This document shows positions 9,673-18,917 of a DNA stretch of 64,000 nucleotides, one piece after another (position 1 is the first letter of the stretch; every line of letters starts with the position of its first letter). The notes beneath the pieces were generated by a model that saw only the letters and a program-made list of their open reading frames with translations, did not search any database and had not been told where the DNA came from. The translations under genes were made by a program, and so were the position numbers. The stretch is taken from the IMG/VR virus record IMGVR_UViG_3300016471_000863; one strand, written 5' to 3'. Source of the stretch: a virus.

Positions 9673-10179
9673 ATGAGCACAGAAAAAGAAAATTTGTTTT
9701 GGAAACAACCTTATACAGAGGGGCATTTTTCTATAGAGCAGATTTGTGAAGAGATACGTCAAAAGCGTTCTATTCCTGCTGTAGAGTGGGAGATAGGTGT
9801 TGGTACGGATTCTCAGATTCGTGGTAATAATGTTTATTTTACTACCGTTATTTGTCTTTATCAGAAGACAAAGGGTGGTACATATTATTATATGAATTCT
9901 GTTTTATCGAAGAAGAATTTAGGAATGGGTAACAATCAAGTATTGAGAATGTACGAAGAGGTTCGGCGTGCGTTAGAAGTAGCTATGAAGCTAGAGGAAT
10001 TGATTGGTATAAAGCCTTCTGTGCATGTTGATGCTTCAAAGCCGCACCGGAAGGTATTTACGAGCAGCATTTCTGATCAGCTAAAAGGTTATGTTGTTTC
10101 TTCTGGTTATGAGTGTGTATTAAAACCGGATTCTTACATAGCTTCTTGCATTGCGGATAGACATTCTAAAAAAAGTTGA
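9673..10179 (+). CDS. RNase H-like YkuK-family protein
   Basis: IGVGTDSQ, RMYEEV, VHVDAS, LKPDSYIASCIADRHSK. Confidence 0.88.
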   Translation: MSTEKENLFWKQPYTEGHFSIEQICEEIRQKRSIPAVEWEIGVGTDSQIRGNNVYFTTVICLYQKTKGGTYYYMNSVLSKKNLGMGNNQVLRMYEEVRRALEVAMKLEELIGIKPSVHVDASKPHRKVFTSSISDQLKGYVVSSGYECVLKPDSYIASCIADRHSKKS

Positions 10180-10209
10180 AATTATACTAATAATTCAACG
10201 AGGAAATAT

Positions 10210-10509
10210 ATGGATAGTTTAAAATTAAAGACTCAGATTGAGAAAGAGATGCATGGTTTTGTGAACAACATAAAGGAGCATCTAGTAGATTACACGGTGC
10301 TTTATGTTCGCCGCAATATGTCACACATAGATCGTGATCAACTAACTCAGATATTGGATGTGGTGAGAAATGGGATTGAAGATTCTTATTTTACCCAGAT
10401 AGACTCTTTCATGAACAAGATGAATGTAACAATTGAGGAGAGCGTTGAGCCAGAAGCGCCAGCAAAGGGTCGCAAAACAACAAAAAACTCCGAATCAGCA
10501 AGAACCTGA
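10210..10509 (+). CDS. Hypothetical protein
   Basis: 99-aa ORF with GAGG RBS, co-directional with neighbours. Confidence 0.7.
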   Translation: MDSLKLKTQIEKEMHGFVNNIKEHLVDYTVLYVRRNMSHIDRDQLTQILDVVRNGIEDSYFTQIDSFMNKMNVTIEESVEPEAPAKGRKTTKNSESART

Positions 10510-10683
10510 GTATTTATGGTATTTTATATCAGAAATCTAAAGATTCTTCGCTGACTGCTGTAGAGCAATACAGACTAGAGAGAACAATTGAGGAGAGAAG
10601 AAAAAAGATTAAGAGATATCTCTTGCCTTCAATTGTAGCTATTGTTTGTTTTTTTATATTATTTTTTACTGGTGAGATGATTA

Positions 10684-11301
10684 TTGGTTATGCCACGCAA
10701 GAAAACAGAAACAGGGCAGCAGCCGTTGCCGAAACCCCGTAAATCAAAATCGCAGGGTACAGCAGACCAATCGCTATTGGCATCGAGAAGCATAGCGATT
10801 GTATCTAGCAGTTCTGATTCTAAGCCGCAAAAGGCATATATAAAGCATATCATAGAGTGTAACTGTATACTTCCTCAATACAAGAACATTTCTCCTCCTG
10901 TATTTCATAAATTTATTGTATTTTCTGAATTGAATAAAGATGGCTTAGTAAAGCCTTCGCTTGTTTCGTGTAATAATTGCAATGTTACCCATAAAATTTT
11001 AGAAAGTGGCACTAGTGAGATTATAAAAAAAGAAGGTTCTAATCTTGTACCAACCATTTCTGACATAGAGACAAATCTTCCTGGGTGGCTTGTAGCTCTT
11101 TTGAAGCAGCATGATTGCCCGTTGCCTACATGGCAGGAAGCTCAATTTGTTATTGAGAATGAACAATGGGGTAAAATACTTGTTTTATCAAGGGAGCCAG
11201 ATCAAGGAAATGCCGAGAGATATATTACAAAGTATATAATATTAATTGGGGAAAATTTATATAAAATAAAGATTGATCAAGAGGAGGACATGGATGACTG
11301 A
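10684..11301 (+). CDS. Hypothetical protein with CxC/CxxC (possible Zn site)
   Basis: HIIECNC...SCNNCNVTH; 205-aa ORF. Confidence 0.7.
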   Translation: MVMPRKKTETGQQPLPKPRKSKSQGTADQSLLASRSIAIVSSSSDSKPQKAYIKHIIECNCILPQYKNISPPVFHKFIVFSELNKDGLVKPSLVSCNNCNVTHKILESGTSEIIKKEGSNLVPTISDIETNLPGWLVALLKQHDCPLPTWQEAQFVIENEQWGKILVLSREPDQGNAERYITKYIILIGENLYKIKIDQEEDMDD

Positions 11302-11620
11302 GAAAAATTCTGAATTGGATGGAACTTTTGATAGTTTTCTATCTGACACGGCAGAGGAAAATGTTGATTATATTAAGCCTAATATAGAATTAAAACTATC
11401 AAAAGAAAAGCGCCAGGAGTGTCGTGATATTCTTCTTGAGATAAGAAAATTTGGCGTTAATCAAAGACAGATGCTTTATCTAATCTATCTTCTTTCATTA
11501 GAATTAGAAGATAATGCTACAATGAAAGCATTAGCAAGAGCTATTGGTGAAAATAGAGAAAATATTGCATCTGATGGTGTTGTTGCCCAGCAGCAAAACA
11601 AACTTATATTAGATATCTGA
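11294..11620 (+). CDS. Hypothetical protein
   Basis: ATG 11294 after GAGGAGG RBS, overlapping the upstream stop. Confidence 0.7.
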   Translation: MTEKNSELDGTFDSFLSDTAEENVDYIKPNIELKLSKEKRQECRDILLEIRKFGVNQRQMLYLIYLLSLELEDNATMKALARAIGENRENIASDGVVAQQQNKLILDI

Positions 11621-11659
11621 TATTGATTTATTTTGATTTTGCAATTAGAATTTGTAGTT

Positions 11660-12088
11660 TCAACCAAGTATTTCTGGAGCCCTGCCGACATTTTCAAATT
11701 GAATTTTATAATCTTCAAAAGAATAGGTAAATGTTATGGTTTGATTATCGGTTGAATTAGAATCAAACTGTGAATTCTCAATATCAATTGATCGCAGATT
11801 ATAGAAATAGTATTTTTGATATATTGTTCGAACACCGTCAGTATCGTTATAAACAAATATAGCTAATGAGTCCAAGTTAGCAACTGAAGCAATGTCTCTT
11901 GTAAAATAATCTCCATTTATTACTTGAATAATTGGATTTGAAAATTGCAATATGATTTTATCATCGGTATTGGCTTCTGTTCCAGAAATTTTTGGAAGAG
12001 ATATTTTGCTTATCAAATGACCTGTTTCTCCATTTAATAAGAGAAAGAATTGATTCTTTTTTGCAGGTAGAATTTGAACAGTTGGCAT
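11660..12088 (-). CDS. Divergent tail-tube (T4 gp19-like) paralog
   Basis: PAKKNQFFLLLNGETGHLISKISLP aligns by eye with tube protein PLAKRRFILAIEGIDSFLVKTGNRP; C-terminal FDSNSTDNQTITFTYSFEDYKIQF aligns with VTYEDDSAMSEIQVTVRYDNCVLQF. Confidence 0.6.
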   Translation of the reverse strand: MPTVQILPAKKNQFFLLLNGETGHLISKISLPKISGTEANTDDKIILQFSNPIIQVINGDYFTRDIASVANLDSLAIFVYNDTDGVRTIYQKYYFYNLRSIDIENSQFDSNSTDNQTITFTYSFEDYKIQFENVGRAPEILG

Positions 12089-12091
12089 GTT

Positions 12092-12379
12092 TCACATCAT
12101 TCTTTCATTGACTCCCACCAAACGTCGCTTTACGCCATCGGGAAATGTATATTCACATTCCCCATAAAGTGAGTGTTCACCATCAGATGCAATCTTGTAA
12201 ACGCCGCCAGGAATCTGTCTATCTAATTTTGAACTAACTATATTGCCGGTAGCTGGATCTATGAAATGAATCCAATGTAGAGTTATTTCTCTAAAATATC
12301 CATGTGTATTTGGAATGGCTCTGAATACTCTTTCTAATCCAGCACTCATTTTATTTGTTCTAGGAGCTTGTATTGACAT
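12092..12379 (-). CDS. Hypothetical protein
   Basis: 95-aa ORF with AAGGA RBS. Confidence 0.7.
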   Translation of the reverse strand: MSIQAPRTNKMSAGLERVFRAIPNTHGYFREITLHWIHFIDPATGNIVSSKLDRQIPGGVYKIASDGEHSLYGECEYTFPDGVKRRLVGVNERMM

Positions 12380-12407
12380 GCGTTAATTCCTTTTTTAACT
12401 AGATATA

Positions 12408-13100
12408 TTATTTATCATCTAGTTCTTTGTGTATTTCGGCAATTGTCATAAATGGAACTTTATATCTAAAAGGAGTTGTTGTGACTGCTGTTCTCCATTT
12501 TTTCCATAACAAGGATCCTGGGGTTACGATGGTTAATCCACCAACACCACCTACAGGTGATCCCATGCCATCAAATTTTCTTTTCATTGAATTTTTTGTA
12601 GTATGTCCGCTAACTGAATGAGCGAGTATAGAACATTGTTCTAATCCAACTTGACATAGAGAATCTCTTAGCTTGTCTGCAAATCCATTATCTCCGCCAA
12701 CTCCTGGTCCATCCCCGGTAGAGCAGCAATACAATGCGATAACAATTTTTTTATTATCTTTAGCTACTGCATCTTTTATTAGATAGGCAAAATTTTCTAA
12801 ATCAGGTATACGAATACCTAATTGAATTTTTCTGGTTAACCCATGACAAAAGAAAGCAATACCATCTATGGGTCCAGATTCTTTTACTCTTTTTTTAATA
12901 AAATCATATACACGTTGCCTGCGTGTACTTTCGGTTTTTGACAGGTCTACACGCAAATGATTAGCAGCAGGAATATTATGAAATTTCATGAATGCTAATG
13001 CTTCTGGCAAAAAGGCACCGGTATAGTCAGCAGGCTTATCGTCGCTATTTCTATCTCCTGTAAAAACTAATATATTTTTTGCATTTATTGTTTCACTCAT
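12408..13100 (-). CDS. Putative caspase-like fold cysteine peptidase (DUF4347/CHAT-like)
   Basis: IAFFCHG and IVIALYCCSTG, i.e. His-Gly and Cys each after a hydrophobic strand, as in clan CD peptidases; followed by GFADKL. Confidence 0.55.
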   Translation of the reverse strand: MSETINAKNILVFTGDRNSDDKPADYTGAFLPEALAFMKFHNIPAANHLRVDLSKTESTRRQRVYDFIKKRVKESGPIDGIAFFCHGLTRKIQLGIRIPDLENFAYLIKDAVAKDNKKIVIALYCCSTGDGPGVGGDNGFADKLRDSLCQVGLEQCSILAHSVSGHTTKNSMKRKFDGMGSPVGGVGGLTIVTPGSLLWKKWRTAVTTTPFRYKVPFMTIAEIHKELDDK

Positions 13101-13173
13101 TTTAAACTACTTGGTGATATACAATAAATATTGTTTGTTATCAAAATACTACAAAGTTTAAAAATAGCTTATT

Positions 13174-13413
13174 TTACCTGCTAATTTGTTCATATATCTC
13201 ATCTATTGCTATCTCTAGCGATAAAAAATTTTTTGAAGCAGCGATTATATTTACAAAACCACATTTATTTGCCAGCACATCTTCTTCAAGAATTGCCAAA
13301 GCTAAATATTCCGGGGAATATATCAAGAAGATTTCGCTATCTATCGTTAATCTTGCATAATTTACAAGTGCATTTAGATTTTTTGTTGTAATACTACCTG
13401 CTATATCTTCCAT
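13174..13413 (-). CDS. Hypothetical protein
   Basis: 79-aa ORF filling an intergenic gap. Confidence 0.5.
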   Translation of the reverse strand: MEDIAGSITTKNLNALVNYARLTIDSEIFLIYSPEYLALAILEEDVLANKCGFVNIIAASKNFLSLEIAIDEIYEQISR

Positions 13414-13460
13414 ACAATATGCTATTGTATCAAGAAAAAGAAAACGAATAAATCTATTTA

Positions 13461-14804
13461 ATGAAAATGAAACACATTTTAAAAGAATATATTGAATCTC
13501 AAGTTAAAGCAATCCTGAAAGAAGGATTTTATGAAAATCCAATGACTACCATTCAAGATGTTTTGAATTCTTTTAGTGGTAAAACTTTAATATTTTTTGA
13601 TACCGAGACAACAGGACTTTCTGGTACAATGAAATGGTCGCAGATAACCGAAATTGCTGCGGTAGCATTTGATGACAATGCAAAAGAACTAGGGCAATAT
13701 CATACAAAAATTAATCTAGGCAATGTTGTTAAAAATGAAATAGAAAAGCAAAAGAAAAAACAAAAAAATCAAGAATTTATAAATTTTCTGCAAAAGGAAT
13801 TGCCAAAACCAGAAAATATATTACAGCTAAAAAACTTAGAAGAATTTCTAGAGGAATTGGGAACGTCGATACGTAAACAAGAAAATCTTCCAAACAAGAA
13901 AAATTTGATAAAATTACAAAAAAATTTACTTGATCAGCTTTCAAAAAAAATTGAAGAAATATCTGGCGGACAGAGTGCTGATACAAAAAAATTTCCATCT
14001 TTAAATAACGATAAGAACTCTTTTAATATCCAAAATGAAATTGAAAAAATTATAAAGAATTCAGAAAATACAGCAGGGTTTCATCTTGAAGAAATAAGAA
14101 ATTTTATAGAAAAAATAACGCAAAAGAATTCATGGGAACCAGGACGCCAATCTATTGAAGATGTTCTAAAGCTCACAGGATATTATAGTTCAGATGATCC
14201 CTCTGTTAAATACATAGAGGAAGGCGAAGCATTAAAAGGGTTTGTAGAATTTATAAAATCATTTTCAAATCCATTGTTAATTGCCCACAATGCAACATTT
14301 GATATGATGCAAATCAATAACGGAATGAAACGACGTAATTTAGGGGTTTTACCAAAAGACATTCCCGTTTTAGATACGGTTAAATTAGTAAAAAATTATA
14401 TACATCCACTATTGAGAATATTGAAAGGTGGTTCACCGCCCGAAATAACAAAAAGGCTAATAGTTGCTCTATCTTATCCTGCAAAAGATATAAAAAATAT
14501 GGATATAGAGCAATATAAGCAATTCATTGACGAACAAAATATAGATGAAATTTATCAAAATGTTAAAAACCTATATGGTTCACTAAAACATTTGGCGGCT
14601 GGATTAAATGTTGAATTAAAAAATTGGCATTCCGCTGTTGCAGATGCCACAGCATTGTCTGGGGTTCTACAGAAACTTTCACAAATAATGACTAGATACG
14701 AAAAATTTGAACAAAGATTTGAGATGCAAAGAAAACGAGCCTCTGATATTGGTTATCGACGTTCGCAGGAATCAAAAAAGAAAAGAAAAGTTAATTTAAC
14801 TTAA
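13461..14804 (+). CDS. DEDDh 3'-5' exonuclease (DnaQ-like) with large helical insertion and N-terminal 'LKEYI...ILKE' leader
   Basis: Exo I FFDTETTG, Exo II LIAHNATFD, Exo III WHSAVADA. Confidence 0.9.
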   Translation: MKMKHILKEYIESQVKAILKEGFYENPMTTIQDVLNSFSGKTLIFFDTETTGLSGTMKWSQITEIAAVAFDDNAKELGQYHTKINLGNVVKNEIEKQKKKQKNQEFINFLQKELPKPENILQLKNLEEFLEELGTSIRKQENLPNKKNLIKLQKNLLDQLSKKIEEISGGQSADTKKFPSLNNDKNSFNIQNEIEKIIKNSENTAGFHLEEIRNFIEKITQKNSWEPGRQSIEDVLKLTGYYSSDDPSVKYIEEGEALKGFVEFIKSFSNPLLIAHNATFDMMQINNGMKRRNLGVLPKDIPVLDTVKLVKNYIHPLLRILKGGSPPEITKRLIVALSYPAKDIKNMDIEQYKQFIDEQNIDEIYQNVKNLYGSLKHLAAGLNVELKNWHSAVADATALSGVLQKLSQIMTRYEKFEQRFEMQRKRASDIGYRRSQESKKKRKVNLT

Positions 14805-14981
14805 TTCCCTAATAATTTGCTGTTCTAATAAATCAATTAGTTCTGATGCACGAAATGTAAATGTTTGCTCTAATGCCGGATAAATAAAAGTAATTGAGAA
14901 ATTATCGTTTTTATTACTTGTCATATAATAGTTGTGTAAGAACCGGACATAACGGTATATGTTGGTTTATTGTTAGACATA

Positions 14982-15791
14982 TCAATTTTCCTCATGGTCA
15001 GCGTCTATTAGCGTTCCGATTTCTATTATCCTTGGAGAAGGGTCATATTGTATTCTGGTTCTTTCGGAGAATAATTCTTCTGTATATAGATTTCTTCTAT
15101 GCACCCATTGATCAAGCAACAAGAAGTTAGTTCCTTTTTCAAGAACGTGTCTATACGAAGTTGGAAGGTCTGGACGTTCTCTTATTTCGGTTTTATGTCG
15201 TCGCCGTTCCAGTTCTACCGTTTCAACGGTTATTTCCCATATTCTTTCTTCGCCAAGAAGCTCTACTGCTGCCACTCCTGGCTCTCTTTCCCAAGCGTGT
15301 ATTCTAACAGGGAAATCATATGGATTGCGGATTATGAGATCGGGTTCTGTCCAGTTAACGGTAGCATCAAGACCGGGATCTATATATGTCATATATCTGG
15401 AATGATGTTGAGCGTTAAGGATCTCCATTCCGGAGAATATGGCTGCGGCGTGTAGAGTGCTTGACACTTGACATATACCACCTCCTGGCGCTATAAAGAT
15501 TTCTCCATTAAGGATTGTCTTAGCTTGTCTCCATCCCCGAGAGGCTGTTCTTGGTCCCAGGAGGCGATTATAGGAAAGGGATTGTTCTGGAAGGAGAATG
15601 GTTCCATCCAGTTTTCTCATGGCTCTACGAACGTTATAGGCACGATTACGTATGATATCTTCCCCTGCATAATGGAAGTGAGTTTCATATGCACCAAGAG
15701 TTGTGGTGCCCACGGAGATATCCTGGGCAATAACTGCTGTAGAGAACAGAATACTATTAAGAACTAATGCTATTAGAAGACGAATATTCAT
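14982..15791 (-). CDS. Secreted VanW-family protein
   Basis: Signal peptide MNIRLLIALVLNSILFSTAVIA; RAYNV, SYNRLLGPRT, GGGICQVSSTL, PGLDATV, IRNPY; G5-like C-terminus. Confidence 0.88.
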   Translation of the reverse strand: MNIRLLIALVLNSILFSTAVIAQDISVGTTTLGAYETHFHYAGEDIIRNRAYNVRRAMRKLDGTILLPEQSLSYNRLLGPRTASRGWRQAKTILNGEIFIAPGGGICQVSSTLHAAAIFSGMEILNAQHHSRYMTYIDPGLDATVNWTEPDLIIRNPYDFPVRIHAWEREPGVAAVELLGEERIWEITVETVELERRRHKTEIRERPDLPTSYRHVLEKGTNFLLLDQWVHRRNLYTEELFSERTRIQYDPSPRIIEIGTLIDADHEEN

Positions 15792-15899
15792 GCTTTGATG
15801 ATACCATTACTATGTTATGATTTATAATAGAAAATTGTAACCCATATGAGAATTTTTTGAATTATAATTTTTTATAAGCATTAAGTGAAAATAAAAAAG

Positions 15900-15935
15900 C
15901 AAAAAGCTATCAAATTTATGTCTAATAGCTTTTTG
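15900..15935 (-). terminator. Intrinsic terminator-like hairpin
   Basis: CAAAAAGCTAT...ATAGCTTTTTG 11-bp inverted repeat, T-rich run on the minus strand, downstream of 15981..17144. Confidence 0.6.
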
Positions 15936-15980
15936 AGTTTATGAACTATACTTGTTTAAACAGTATGAATATTAAACAAT

Positions 15981-17144
15981 TCATCTCTTTCTGAGTTCTT
16001 TTTTTATTGATTCACGAATGTAGTCTCTTATCGATGCTAAAACTTCTTGATCCGCTTCTCCACGTCCTCTGGTTTCTGGATTAAAAATAGCTACTATTTC
16101 GGGTCTAACTTTTTCATGAACAGCTTTTGCTATATTTGGAAATGGCATATCAAGTTTTTCAGGATCATACTTAAAGAAGAGATCTTTGAGATGTGTTATT
16201 GCATTTTCTTCTGTAATTTCTCCTCTTAAATAATCTGTTATGAATTGCCTTTCTGCTTCATTCAGATCTTCGACATTCATTGCTAATTTTATATTATTTA
16301 TTTCTTCAAGGCTAAGTTTAGTAAAATCTTCAGGAGAAACATCAGCTAGTTTTATATCTAAATTATTTAATAATTCTGTGATAAATTTTTCAATTTCTTC
16401 ATCAATAATTTTTATTAAAACATTGTGTACTTCTGCAATAGCTTTATTAAAATCTTCTGGATTTTTTAAATTGACTTTGCCTTTTCTAACGGCTTTTAAA
16501 ATAGCAGAAATTTTTTCACGACTTTTGCCTTTGAATATAGGAGCCAATGAAGTCATTTGAGACAATTTTTCCATCGCAGCGGCTTCTATTTTTTCTGCCA
16601 TTTGTTTTGTAACATCTAATACATCTGCAATTTTTTGCAATGTTTCTTCGCCAGTTTGATAAACTGGTTCCGGTCTTTTTTCTGTTTCTTCTGTATCTAC
16701 AACAGAAGATGTTTCTAATCTTTCTGAACCTGGGATCCATTTTCGTAATGAATCTTTCAGTGCTTTAACGGATAAAAATTGAAGTGAGGGAAATTCAGAA
16801 CTAACTTGTTTTATGTCTTCTTTATTTTCTATTGGAGAATAAAGTTTGTCAATTAAATCTTCAAGAGAAAACCCTAATTTTTTTTCATTAAAGAGCTTTA
16901 CAAATGTTGGATATTTTCGATTTATTTCGTCAACAACATTTTTTTTAACTTGTTCTGTGGTTTTTAGTTCTCTTGTTTGTTTAGCTTCTTTAAGAATTGC
17001 TTCTTTTATCATTGAACGAATTTCATTCACAGAAATTTTCTTTGTGCTTTTTGCAACTGGTTTACGTTTTGTAGCGGCTTCTGCAATTTGCATGGCTGCA
17101 ACTTTGCGGATTAAAGTTCTTAATTCATTTAATTTTATTTTCAT
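15981..17144 (-). CDS. Protein with a sigma-70 region-4-like HTH and repeated amphipathic leader modules
   Basis: EETLQKIADVLDVTKQMAEKIEAAAMEKLSQ matches the sigma70 r4 pattern TLxEIxxxxxVTxERxRQIExxAxxKL; no region 2 recognised. Confidence 0.7.
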   Translation of the reverse strand: MKIKLNELRTLIRKVAAMQIAEAATKRKPVAKSTKKISVNEIRSMIKEAILKEAKQTRELKTTEQVKKNVVDEINRKYPTFVKLFNEKKLGFSLEDLIDKLYSPIENKEDIKQVSSEFPSLQFLSVKALKDSLRKWIPGSERLETSSVVDTEETEKRPEPVYQTGEETLQKIADVLDVTKQMAEKIEAAAMEKLSQMTSLAPIFKGKSREKISAILKAVRKGKVNLKNPEDFNKAIAEVHNVLIKIIDEEIEKFITELLNNLDIKLADVSPEDFTKLSLEEINNIKLAMNVEDLNEAERQFITDYLRGEITEENAITHLKDLFFKYDPEKLDMPFPNIAKAVHEKVRPEIVAIFNPETRGRGEADQEVLASIRDYIRESIKKELRKR

Positions 17145-17198
17145 TTTATACCCATAGAAATCTTTTTGTAATTATTTGAAGAAATTATGATTCACATA

Positions 17199-17489
17199 TC
17201 AATCTTCAGATTTTTTTTCTTCAGCAGAGGAATTTGAATTTTTAGAAGAGGATTCTGAGGTAGAATTGGCAGCACTCTTATCAGCCCATCTACGTCCAAA
17301 GTATAAAACTGTAAGTGGTGTTAGATAACTCATTGCCTCTGTGCCGGAAAATTCTCTTATTTTAATACCGAAAGCTTCTTCTACAATAGACACAAGAAGC
17401 CATAGGGTAACTACGGTAAATCCTATTACCATCATGGTAAATGAAGCAGATTTTTTTCCATCACTTTGTTCTAAAAGAGGTACTTTCAT
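17199..17489 (-). CDS. Putative holin (small membrane protein)
   Basis: 96 aa, hydrophobic segments FTMMVIGFTVVTLWLLVSIV and AMSYLTPLTVLYFG, charged tail, next to spanin-like genes. Confidence 0.55.
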   Translation of the reverse strand: MKVPLLEQSDGKKSASFTMMVIGFTVVTLWLLVSIVEEAFGIKIREFSGTEAMSYLTPLTVLYFGRRWADKSAANSTSESSSKNSNSSAEEKKSED

Positions 17490-17510
17490 ATAAATCCTTT
17501 TTATTAAGTA

Positions 17511-18086
17511 TTAATTGGCAGCAACAAATCCCATTAGGAAACCACCAATAACTCCAACGAGTAAACCACCAGCACCAACTAGCACAGCATCCCATGGAAA
17601 TTCTGAACCACGATTAATAACTCGCTCGTTTAATCTCATTAATCTGGCAATCTCAGCATCTCTTGCCTCTATAACAATACGAAAACGAGCACGATCCCCA
17701 TTAATCTGTATTCGTAATTCTTCTACTTCTGTTCGTAATCTTAAATCATAAGCGGTTCTTATGCTTTCCATAGATACCGCCACACGTTCTTGATAAGCTT
17801 CAAGTTCAGCTATAATATAAGCCGCTTGTTCACTTGAAAAGAAAACGCCTGGATATGGTGCTCTAAACTCTTGATTTAGAGTTAAGGCAACCGGTGATGG
17901 AGTAGGAGTTGGATTAGGCTCTACTGCGGGCACCACAACGGCTTCTACAGGGGCTAACTCAATAGGAGGCATATCTGGGAAGCCATGATCATCTACAGCG
18001 GTTGTAGAGCCTCCTGGAAGGTTTCCTGTAGTGCAACCAACCAATAGGGTGATTAATAAGATATGTGAGATTAGTTTTTTAATCAT
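17511..18086 (-). CDS. Lipoprotein, putative o-spanin/u-spanin-like
   Basis: Lipobox LLVG-C at residue 18; Pro-rich linker; coiled coil; C-terminal hydrophobic AVLVGAGGLLVGVIGGFLMGFVAA. Confidence 0.65.
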   Translation of the reverse strand: MIKKLISHILLITLLVGCTTGNLPGGSTTAVDDHGFPDMPPIELAPVEAVVVPAVEPNPTPTPSPVALTLNQEFRAPYPGVFFSSEQAAYIIAELEAYQERVAVSMESIRTAYDLRLRTEVEELRIQINGDRARFRIVIEARDAEIARLMRLNERVINRGSEFPWDAVLVGAGGLLVGVIGGFLMGFVAAN

Positions 18087-18499
18087 GGTGTTGTCCTTCC
18101 AAAGCCAAATGTTCTGTTATAGCTATCAACCAAGTCTGAAGAATTATTTGTTAGCTCATTTGTTCTTATGGAACGATTTCTGCGTATACGATCTATTTGT
18201 TCTTGAAGATCGGATCTTATCTCTTCCACTCTTCTTTCATAATCTCGTCTGAGGGTTTCTCTTGCTTCTCTTTCGGAAGTAACTGTATTATTTAGTTGGG
18301 TAATGGTATTATGATTTTGAGCGATAGCCGCATTTTGTTCTTCAATAAGGGCAGACATATCAGAATTTCTTTGATTTATTTCATTAAATCTCTGATAGGC
18401 AAAATAACCGGCTACCGCCACTCCAACAATAAGGAGCAACGATAGCCAGTTGTTAATAAAAAATGATTTAACTAAGTTATTTGTATTTGGCGTTTCCAT
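18083..18499 (-). CDS. Putative i-spanin (N-terminal TM + coiled coil)
   Basis: WLSLLLIVGVAVAGYFAY TM then long coiled coil; 4-nt ATGA overlap with the lipoprotein gene. Confidence 0.65.
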   Translation of the reverse strand: METPNTNNLVKSFFINNWLSLLLIVGVAVAGYFAYQRFNEINQRNSDMSALIEEQNAAIAQNHNTITQLNNTVTSEREARETLRRDYERRVEEIRSDLQEQIDRIRRNRSIRTNELTNNSSDLVDSYNRTFGFGRTTP

Positions 18500-18500
18500 G

Positions 18501-18899
18501 CTAGTTCATTTCGTGTTTTTTTGGAATTCTTGTTAAAGAATCAAAATCTTTATTATCAGACTGTTTATCTGACGCATTATCGGAAGTTTTTACGCCAACT
18601 AGGTCATTAGTTCCAAAGACATGATATATTTCTTCAACCATGGTTGCCGCATTTAGAAGCAAATCATTTGATGCTTTTTGATTTTCCACAACATCATTTA
18701 ATTTAACAAGTAAGAAATTCATAACTTTCTCTACATTTGATAGGCGTTTTTCTAATTTTTCTAATTGTATAGAATCTAAGTTTGTTATTTTATCTGAGAC
18801 GAGAGCATATAGTTCGGAGTCTTTTTTCACCTCTACTATTTCAACATCCTTACCGTTAAGCACATCAAAAGCTTTTTTAATTCTATTGAAGAATGTCAT
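18501..18899 (-). CDS. Hypothetical coiled-coil protein
   Basis: 132-aa ORF in operon, GAGG RBS. Confidence 0.7.
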   Translation of the reverse strand: MTFFNRIKKAFDVLNGKDVEIVEVKKDSELYALVSDKITNLDSIQLEKLEKRLSNVEKVMNFLLVKLNDVVENQKASNDLLLNAATMVEEIYHVFGTNDLVGVKTSDNASDKQSDNKDFDSLTRIPKKHEMN

Positions 18900-18917
18900 A
18901 GGAACCTCTTTCTTTTA

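Noticed and set aside
14982-15791. Vancomycin-resistance cluster
   Set aside because: VanW alone does not confer resistance; no vanA/B, vanH, vanX or vanRS present
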